A stretch of DNA of 64,000 nucleotides from Antedon mediterranea (lineage: Eukaryota > Animalia > Echinodermata). Below, in pieces: positions 54,701 to 64,000 of the stretch; positions within the stretch are counted from its first letter, which is position 1, and each line of letters opens with the position of its first letter. The translations under genes were made by a program, and so were the position numbers. The notes under the pieces are model-generated. The model was given only the letters and a program-made list of their open reading frames with translations, searched no databases and had not been told where the DNA came from. The stretch covers positions 9,238,001-9,302,000 of the forward strand of contig NC_092674.1 in the NCBI RefSeq assembly GCF_964355755.1, given 5' to 3'.

Positions 54701-57700
54701 AATTGTCACCACCATCATGATTGTCATCACAGGTTTAAAATACAGACAAGAAATATGTTCTTGGTAGTTCCACATTTACAATTTTCACACCTCCCCAAAC
54801 AACCACCATCCTACGTCTCTGGGTAATATTCTGCATATTCCATTTTAGGCCATCTGATTATTTGGGATCATATATTTTTATTTATTTATTTATTCGGTAT
54901 ATAAAAATATATTACAAAACGACAATCAAGGACTGAAATGAAATGTATTACAAATGACTAAAAATTAGTTAAAATTGCTATAAAAATAGAAACATCTTAA
55001 TAAAATTAGATATCGTACCATACAATTAAAAACATACATGAATAAAAAACCTTAAAACATTCACTTATTACATATCTAAAAAAGAGCTAGTGGTGCCTAT
55101 TAATTATATCCACCATGGTGGGAACTGGAGACGACCTAAGTCTGCTGGTTTTACAATGAGGTACTTCTAGAAAGCGGTTGAATCTGAGAGACCGAGCTGG
55201 CTTATGAAGAGGGGGAAGTATTTCTCTAAACAGCTCGGATTTTAATAAACCTTCCCCGAAAGACAACACAAGTTTGTTTCCAACCATTGCTCAGCATTGT
55301 CTATTTCTAGAGGCACATGTAGCCAGAATCTGCTTAGATTTGTAGTGTTTGCTAGGCTCGTGCTGCCCACATATCATATAATTAAAATATTGATTAGGGA
55401 TATATTAATTGTCTTCAGATCAATATGGGCTATATTTTGAAAAACACTAGTGTTTATACTACTACTACACAAGATTTTAAAAATAACGAAATATATTAAT
55501 ATTTCTGAAATGTTGGAATGATAATTTCGCATAACATACCTCTTCTAGCAATTGAACATACGGAATACGCATGTCACAAAGAGAGGTAATGTGTGATAGA
55601 CGATCTTGAAAGTAATGTACATGATCAAATCGGCGCTTCTTGACAACTGAAAAATGCTGGTAACCCGCCAGAGCATGCTTCCTTTTATTAGGTGCCAAAT
55701 GTCCTGCAAGAAAAAACATTGTATTAAGGTTCTTACATACAAATAAAACCATTGGAGCTTAAATTATTATTTTGTTATGACCGTTTTTTTTGGAAATTAT
55801 AAGTTTGCTAGCTGACCTTGAAATTCTGTATCTGGACCATAAACCAAACTTTCTGGCTCGATAGGAAAGATAGACAATGGGGCTAAGAAACTTTTGGCTG
55901 TATCAGGATCCGATTGCTGAGCATCATGGGGTATTTGGTCATAAAAAGTCGAAGGTCGAACTCGTAGAAGGTAGTACTTGATCTGTGTTTCAAATTCTCC
56001 ACCTTGTTCTGTGATGAATTCAACAACCTATACAGACACAAGTACAATACAAAAGGTAGAATTATAGTACAGTATTTATTCTGTTAGAATTATTTTACAG
56101 TATTTGATCTGTTAAGTTATAAATATTTTACATTATTTGTTCCATTAAAGTTAAAATTATTTTACAGTATTTGTTCTGTTAAGTTAGAATTATTTTACAG
56201 AATTTGTTCTGTTAGGTTAGAATTATTTTACAGTATTTCTGTTAAGTTAGAAATATTTTACAGTATTTGTTCTGTTAGAAGTATTTTACAGTATTTATAT
56301 AAAATAAACTTTAAAAAAAAATATACTATAACTTACCACATAGTAATTGTTATGCCTGGTCAACTTGAGATACAAACGATTTTGAGAGACTTTGTTTAAT
56401 GGATGATCAGCCGAGATGGACACTAGAGGGAGTCTTTCAAGGCAGATAACTGGCTGAAGCTGAACTGCACGTTTGCAATGTTCAATACAAATGGTAAATC
56501 TGTGTTGAATTAAAAATAATTCAATGGCGGAGTTCTGTTTCGTGTTTCATGGAAATAGAGGGTGTTATAACATTTTCGCTTCTATGGAATAAGCAATGAT
56601 ACCAACAACTCCTAATATGGCAGGGATATAGCATGTAATGCAAACACATCAAATCGAGTATACTCAACATTAACTCATGCAAAACACCAATTTTTTTGTA
56701 AAATTCACAAAAACTTTATAGTAAACCTACTTTAGACGTATTATATACTGGTAGAGTTTAGTAGGGTCAGAGTTCAGACATTCTTCAATTTCTTCAAGAA
56801 GAGCAGCACCTGAAAACACAATGTATTTCTGTTAGTGTTATAAAAAATGAATTTCAACAAAATTGAGGTTCTATTGGACCAAATATGAGCATGAATTAAT
56901 AATAATTTGATTATTTTCCTACAGGCATTTCTCCAAGAACCACAAAATCTAGGTTTTTCCCTAAAAAGTCTAGTTTTAAAAATTAACTTTCAATAATATT
57001 ATTTGTGTTATTAGAAATTTAGTATGTGATAAAAGAATGATTACGTACCAGCGTGGGCAACATGTGGCTGGAATAGACCGGTCTGCATGTCCACCGAGAT
57101 GGTCAAGTGTTCTGCTTGACTGCAGGGTTCTAGGATTGCAATACTCAACACAGGTGGATTACCCTGGATTATAGCTGTTAGAAGAAATAATATAAATTAT
57201 ACAGAAAATAAAAATTGTGACAAGGTCTTTTTATTTTTACAAAATTGTTAATTTTGTTTATTTCATACACATCCAACGAGTAAGTCGCCAATTAGATGAT
57301 GTATAGACTATTTTATAATTTATCGTGCTTATAAACAAAGTCTCAATCGAGGGAGTGGTGAGTTACAACTTGGGATTGGAAGGCAAGCATGTTAACCATC
57401 AAGCTACAGCTCCATTACATATTGGTAAAATGACTGAAATGTATTTCAATTGCTTCATCTCATTCAATGGTGTCATCAATTCTGAATTATATTTTGTAAA
57501 CAATAACCTTATTTAAATGCAAGAATGATTTTACCATGTTTAAAAACACTATGTAATTACCTTTAGATGAGATGTTGGCTTTCTTTAGATCAAGTTGCAA
57601 TTCCTACAAAAAGAAACATAACAGATACAAATTTAAACACTTTTTGTTTGTTTGTAGCAGCATATAGAAGCATATATGTCATATACATTTTTTATTTACC

Positions 57701-60700
57701 TTCAATTTAGCCTTTGACCGGATAAGAATGGATTCAACTAGAAGCCTTTCAATAGACAGCAACTCACTCTAAAAACATAATAATAAAAAGATTTCTGTGA
57801 GCTTGAACCCATCATAATTAGCCTACCTGGGATATATGCCATCCTCACATGCAAGCCCACACTAGTGGAGCTAGATGAGCCTAACTATTCCTTTTGTAAG
57901 ATTAACTAATTCTTCCCACTTTATTTATGTTTCTGGCCCTTTAATTTGGAATCAATTAGATACTAGTATTGTTAACTCTTCCTCTCTCCCAACTTTTCGT
58001 AAAAAACTTAAGTAATTTGTTATCATTGTACTCAAACTAGACCTTCAAACTATTTTTGTCATGACTTTTTTATTTTATTTATATACAAATGTATTTTTTT
58101 TTCTTTTGTTTATGGGTCTTGCGTGACAAGTATTCTCTTCTTGCAAGATCCTCTATTAATGGTATTTTATGTATTTTCTCATTATAAATTATCATTCTTT
58201 TTTATTGTATTGTTTTACCATTGATAGAAACTAATAAATGTTGAATTATTATTATTATTATTATTAGTGTATAAGCCCATTACAGGGTATAAGCAAACCC
58301 AGGTGTATAAGCTCAACCTGGCACGTAAGACCACCTAGGTGTGCAAGCCCATCCTAGTGTGTAAGCCCACCCTTGGGTACCGTATAATCCCATAATGAAT
58401 GTGTTTTCTTAGATAACGATTTCTGTTAATCGGGTGTTGTCTTTTAAGGCAACGAGGTCACCATAATACCATATAATCCAAAGGTAAATTAAAAGTTATA
58501 GAGCAATGAATGCTTTGGTTTACCTTGATTGCCTTGTTGACTATTGCAGCTTCTGATGAGGTCAAAGGTGGAGTATGCTTAACGTCCAATGGTTGTGACG
58601 AGTCTTTATCAACACATATGGTAACCGAATACAGCTGATTTTTGGACTTATCTAGGGAGCAGTTTTGTGCTCTGTAAAAAATATCACATATGAGTTATAT
58701 ATCACATATTGATTTATATATAACACCTTAATGAATTGGACAATTGTGGGTCACATGGAGTGCAATAGTATATAATATTTAATCGAGTAAGAATAAGAGT
58801 ACTTATTTTTAATTTTTTTTTCATGTATGAATAATAATTAATTTCTGTTTGAATCACATTTTTCAGATAGCTATTTGCTATTGAAAATCACTAATGTATG
58901 CATATAAACAAGCCTTATCATATATTCATTAATCATTAGTAAAAACAATAAAATTGTATATCTACCTCCAATAGGCCAGTGTGAGATTCTGTGCTGCAAT
59001 GTAACTAGTGGTTGTGATGTGCTCTCCCCACCTCTCACGTATCAAACGATGAGCCTAACCAACAACAAGGTGAAACATACAAGTCTTAATTACAATTTTT
59101 TAAATAAAAACCAATGGATTTTTACTATTTATCTAATCCCTTAAGGGGATGAGGTGGAAGTCCTATATTAGGATTTGTCTTTCTTAAATTAGACTTCTTC
59201 ATCTTTAATATGCAAATACCAAAATAATTTCCAAAGTTTGTAAAATTACTACAAAATCTGATGTCTTATGTGTATAATTACAACAAAAAATTGTAAAAAT
59301 GAATCAAAATAACAAAGATATTTCTGTTGCTAGAGAAAATAAATATGCAAATGAGTACACTCACCTGTGAATTGAGAACCTCTAGCTGCAAAGATTGACA
59401 AAAGCTATCTGATCATTTATATAAGGAATCTAAACTTTCAAAATCTACCTTTCTCTCTCATTATTACCTTAATTACAATTATGGAAACACCTACCCTAAC
59501 AATTTTGAGGCATTTTGATGTTTGGATTTATTTTGTAAAAAGTATAGTGCCCTCTATGATTTGACCTTGCGTTACAAAGTATTCTAATAATCATACTTGA
59601 AGCTGAAAGGATACGGAGTAAGATATACATGTCGGCAAGTGGTTTTTCCTCTGTGAATAGTCTTGATTGGACCAATTGATGTAGATAGTGAACCTGCATG
59701 TTATGTACCAAGGCTTTGCCATCTAAAGTTAACAACAATCGCATTGTATCAAAAACACAGTAAATTCTAGAATAAATTAAAGATGTATTGTCCTCCAAAA
59801 ACATGAAAAATTTAGATTTAAAAAACTTTGAATAGGCCATTTCTACTATATTTATTCACTTTCATAGAGAAAAAAAAGGGGAAAAATTACTTCACTAACT
59901 TTAAAAAAAGACAGAATAAATTAAATTTTTTTTGCTTTAAATTACAGATTCAGGTAAATATATGTTTTCAATCAAAATTTTGGTTAAAGTGAATAACTAT
60001 TCTGTGACATTAAATGGCATATTCAACAACAAAAATTGTAAACATTATTTTAGCAAAATGTTGAGGGGTAGGCACATACCTCCTGTATCTGGGTCTTTGA
60101 CTAAAATGTCCACATGAAGCAGCCTCCAGGGTATACTCTGGTCATCTCCCATTAATGTTAGGGTTGCCTACAACGAAAAGCAGACAACACATAATTACAC
60201 TACAACAGACACTATGAATGATTTTGTGTTTTCATAAACGTATTAACATACTACTTAAATAACAAAATTACAAATGAACTACATCTTCTGATAGCTAAAT
60301 TTTCTAGCTTTATAGACGTGCAAATCAAAAATATAATTGAAAAGGTTAAAACAAGTTTTATTAAACACTATGTGGTGTCGGTTTGTGGCATCAGTAATGT
60401 TATATACAAAGGTATACAGTATTTTGATTTAACAATTAAACAAAATTTTTAACAAATGTTTTCTAATATAAGTGTTCTTACTTCAAACTCCTGAGGAACA
60501 TGGAACTTAACTGTGCCGTCAACTATATAAAAAAAGAAGAAATTCAATTATTTAAACACTGGATAAAACAGAACAAAGCTGTATATGAAAGCCCATTCAC
60601 ATCGACGATAAATGGATAAACATACATGACGTCATTTGATTGGATTTAAAAAAATATTATTTTTATCAAAGACAGCATTAATGGATGTAGTCTTAGAATG

Positions 60701-63700
60701 AAATGAATTTATTTTGTTTTATGTAAGAAAAGTGTATGTTTATCGTCGATCGTTATCGTCCTAGTGAGTAGCAGTCTTTACGCAGTTTCTCAAATGTACC
60801 AACAACTGCTGTTATAAAGTCAATGTTAATTTTGTTTGTCAGTTTTCAAAACAACCTGAGCAAATATTTTTCATATTAAATTAAATGATTTAGATTAAAA
60901 GTTGGTTGATTTGAAATAAAATCTCAGTTTTTCACTTAAGCACTTATTATGACTTAAGTAAAGACATGAAAACCTTGGACAATCCTGTACCTACCTATAG
61001 ACAGATTTGAGAGTTGACTTGGCATCTCAGATGTAACCAGTCTATGTTGAATGATCTGGTTCAACCTCAACAAAACTGAAGTTTTTTCTGAGGCAGTTAT
61101 TGGGTCTGCTGGTATAATACGGTCCTAATAAAATACAGTGTAATCATTTCATCAAAATTAATTTTAAACATTGTTTCAACCCTTAAGAAGTTTCGCTTGG
61201 ATTAACAAACAAAAAAAAATAGATTTTTCGCAACAGAAATAGCATGCGCATTACTTATAATTCCCCTAAGAGTTCATTCGTATCAAGAAACCACCAAATA
61301 ACGTTAATTCAAGCTGAAATGGACTAGTACACAACAGGGTAACTCCTACACCTCTGAAAGATGGACTGGTGTCTTTAAAGAAAAGGTGTGCTATACAGTA
61401 TATGTACACTGTAACTCCAGTTCTACCACCAGAACTATTATAGTGGAGCAAAGCCTTGACTGACCTAACTGCTCGGCCACTCGATTATAACATTATATTA
61501 TACCTTTATTCTATAAAAAATACCTTAATACATGTAGGTAGCCTTCTATATCTGCCAGTGGTCAACACATCAACAGCACAGGGTATTGAGAAATTTGGCA
61601 ATCTATTGAATTCAACCATACAAAATAATAAATATCAGTTTTATTTTCAATCTCAGTCAACAGCAAATTAAATAATTTTAATAGTATTGAAGACTTTGGA
61701 ACAGTATCTCTTTAAAAGGTATACACATCCAACAGTGAGCATCTAACTAATTAGAGGATGGATAAATTATTTTATAATGTATTGTGCTTATTATAAACTA
61801 AGTCTCATTTGAGGTTTAGGGAGTTGAGTCGTGAGTTACAACCCTGGTACTAGATCTGGATAGAACCCTAGACCTTGGGATTGGAAGGCAAGAACATTAA
61901 TCACCAAGATACAGCTTCACAACATCTAAATTTAGAGACTTATTATACAATACAAATATTGATGACAGTTAGAATAAGCACTCAAGCTTAGGCCTAGAAG
62001 AGTACATACCTGGCATGTACAAGGTTTTCTCTAGCCATACGGGCAAGCATGTCTGCTGTGTCTACTAGTAGAAGTCCCTGATGGTCCAGAAAAGCTGATA
62101 TAGCCTGTTATAAACAACTGTATGTTAATTCTTTTAAATACAGGTATAATCCTACTGTGGGGCATCAGCCAATGTAGTGTACAATTATTGATCAAGGAAA
62201 CCAATAAGTATTATTTTCTTATTATTTGAATAATTTGTAATCTTATATTCTACTTGGATAAATGACAACATTCATAACCGTAATAATTGTGGTAAACCAA
62301 GTACTTTTATTTTTTTTATTTTATTTTTTTTTTATTTTATTCAATTTTCAGGTACAACAATACATGACAATACAGCGGTGCAGCACCCTGAGGATTGCCA
62401 TGAGTGCAAAGCACTATCGAGATGGCTCTCCATATACTGCACTAGAACATATAAGACAAACATATACACAAGATGCTCTACATAAACAAAGACTTATTAT
62501 TAAGTCGTTGGGAGTGGAGTTGTAAATTGTCATGAGAAAAAAAACCCTGACATATGACAGGACTTGAACCCAGGACCCTTAGATTGGTAGCCAAGCATCA
62601 TAACCACCAAGCCACAGCTCCACTCCGAGCTTATTTTTTATAAACTAGACTTTGATCTACTATAAATAATGTTGTATTTATTACTACTTAAAATTGTTGA
62701 TATACTTACTGCACATTTGTCTACTTTAGCAGCACTGCTTGCCCACTTCACCAGAGCCAGAAGCCTAATAAATGACTGCCGTGTTTTACTGGCAAACTTT
62801 ACAATCTCAATTTTCCTAAGACACAAATGAAAATATACAAAACACAAATGTTGTGAAGCAAATATACAATGTTGCAATTATTTAAATGTTTACAATATAT
62901 CTATTAATGATAATTTATTATTATTATTCAGCATAATATATATATATGTAAATCACAGTACATTAGAGTATAGGAAAATCTGTGGAAAACACTAATCAAC
63001 ACCCCTACACTAAGAGAACACTTTCCCATTAAATGAAAGAGAGGCAATATGTTTACATTAATGGTACACTATAGCTAAACCCCTATTCAGGGACAATTCA
63101 CTTCTACGAAAAATTATTTACAGTACCACCGTGTTAAATTACCCTATTGGGTGGGGGGGGGGGGGGGGGGGGGAGACACTTTGTTGGGTCCACAGAAGGT
63201 TCTACTGTATTTAAATAACTTACTTTTCCATGTCCATTTTTCGTGGTAGTCTATATGAAAAAAGCAAACCATTAAAAATGTTAACATTGTATTTTTTTTA
63301 TTTTTTTTTATTTTATTCAATTTTCAGGCACAACAATACATGACAATACAGCGGTGCAGCACCCTGAGTGCCATGAGTGCAAAGCACTATCGAGATGGCT
63401 CTCCATATACTGCACTAGAACATATAAGACAAACATATACACAAGATGCTCTACGTAGACAAAGACTTATTATTAAGTCTTTGGGAGTGGAGTTGTAAAT
63501 TGTTATGAGAAAAAAACCCTGACATATGACAGGACTTGAACCCAGGACCCTTAGATTGGTAGCCAAGCATCATAACCACCAAGCCACATCTCCACTTGTA
63601 GTAGTCATACTAGGCCTATGTAATAATCTATATCTTATCTAATTTTAAAAACACAAAACTGCTACTGTATTAATTATTAATATGTGGCTTACTATTATTT

Positions 63701-64000
63701 TTCATCAAGAGTATTAATATTATGTGTTCAGCACAAACTTTGTGTTTGTAATGGAATTTTGAAAATTAAAAAATAAGTAAATCAAAAATAAGTCAAATCT
63801 AAAAATCATGATAGTCTATATCACTGATAAAGGCTGAACAATTTCTTATTTTGAATATACACATACAAGCATCATGTACAAACTTACAATTCTGAGAGCA
63901 CTACAAGATCATGATATGTTCGTTGTATCAAGCTATCCAATAAAAAAGCTAACGATACATTTTGTCCCGCAGCATGATGTTGTGGGAATCCACCTATAGC
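42701..64000 (-). CDS. MED14: Mediator of RNA polymerase II transcription subunit 14 (about 39 exons; 5' end beyond the window)
   Basis: Exons (minus strand): >64000-63888 ([23 protein letters not shown]), 63250-63224 (LPRKMDME), 62815-62710 ([25 protein letters not shown]), 62104-62010, 61602-61524 ([16 protein letters not shown]), 61124-60995, 60522-60482, 60167-60080, 59722-59615 ([13 protein letters not shown]), 59408-59365, 59054-58966. Many further exons follow, including 55703-55540, 52115-51967, 50648-50405, 48472-48279 (WPASPSVP), 48088-47844 ([13 protein letters not shown]), 45405-45242 and 44731-44555. The last exon is 42771-42701 ([22 protein letters not shown]). Peptides match recalled metazoan MED14, and the junctions inspected are GT-AG. 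Confidence 0.96.
43109..43578. mobile_element. Intronic MITE with TAGAGTATCAC termini (Academ-like, tentative)
   Basis: TAGAGTATCACGGTG.TGACGTCAC / GTGACGTCAGCACCGTGATACTCTA imperfect TIRs of about 70 bp. Confidence 0.75.
44327..44505. mobile_element. Intronic Harbinger-like MITE
   Basis: AGGGTCTTTCACACCTGTTCC / GGAACAGGTGTGAAAGGCCCT with TAA flanks. Confidence 0.75.
46783..46942. mobile_element. Short palindromic MITE family (further copies at about 44968-45096 and 52760-52869)
   Basis: CTCTGTCTACACTATCAAACT / AGTTTGATGGTGTAGGCAGAG ends, shared among three intronic copies. Confidence 0.7.
47142..47694. mobile_element. Kolobok-like MITE
   Basis: TTAA|AGATGTATTGTCCC ... GGGACAATACATCT|CTAA. 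Confidence 0.65.
54880..55290 (-). mobile_element. 5'-truncated LINE (CR1/L2 group) 3' end
   Basis: ORF2-end-like peptide ..[15 protein letters not shown] followed by an AT-rich UTR and an (AAAT)n tail on the minus strand. Confidence 0.6.
57915..58266 (+). mobile_element. 5'-truncated LINE (L2/Crack-like) 3' end
   Basis: Translates as ..[27 protein letters not shown], followed by AATAAA and an (ATT)n tail. Confidence 0.6.
59409..59614 (-). other. U12-type (minor spliceosome) GT-AG intron in MED14
   Basis: 5' splice site GTATCCTTT; branch-like TTCCTTATA about 11 nt before the AG; no polypyrimidine tract. Confidence 0.85.
62305..62625 (-). mobile_element. tRNA-derived SINE, copy 1
   Basis: Head with A box (TGGCTTGGTGG) and B box (GGTTCAAGTCC), plus an A-rich tail. 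Near-identical to 63290-63595. Confidence 0.8.
63290..63595 (-). mobile_element. tRNA-derived SINE, copy 2
   Basis: Same structure as copy 1, in a different MED14 intron. Confidence 0.8.

Noticed and set aside
61266-61451. Coding-looking intronic segment in MED14
   Set aside because: The flanking MED14 exons join in frame without it (TCIK|DRII); probably a small inserted fragment, origin not determinable.

Overview
AT-rich animal genomic DNA (invertebrate; possibly echinoderm, an inference from sequence style only). The right third (42701-64000, minus strand) is a multi-exon MED14 (Mediator subunit 14) gene whose first exon runs off the window; one of its introns has a U12-type signature. 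The left two thirds are a dense, often nested transposon landscape. It holds two Mutator-like foldbacks with 10-bp TSDs and a deleted Gypsy LTR element inserted in a Helentron-like repeat. It also holds a Helitron inserted antisense inside a copy of itself, inside a second Helentron-like repeat. Further on are a 1.9-kb foldback, a solo LTR, an intron-containing Ginger/GIN-type integrase fragment followed by a decayed piggyBac transposase, Harbinger remnants, and a 5.3-kb TIR element with a SAM-like mini-exon in each arm. A roughly 50-finger C2H2 zinc-finger minisatellite array (minus strand) carries a duplicated stop codon. Tandem tRNA-Asp(ATC)-like genes and several satellites are also present. 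All calls were made by eye; no database searches were run.
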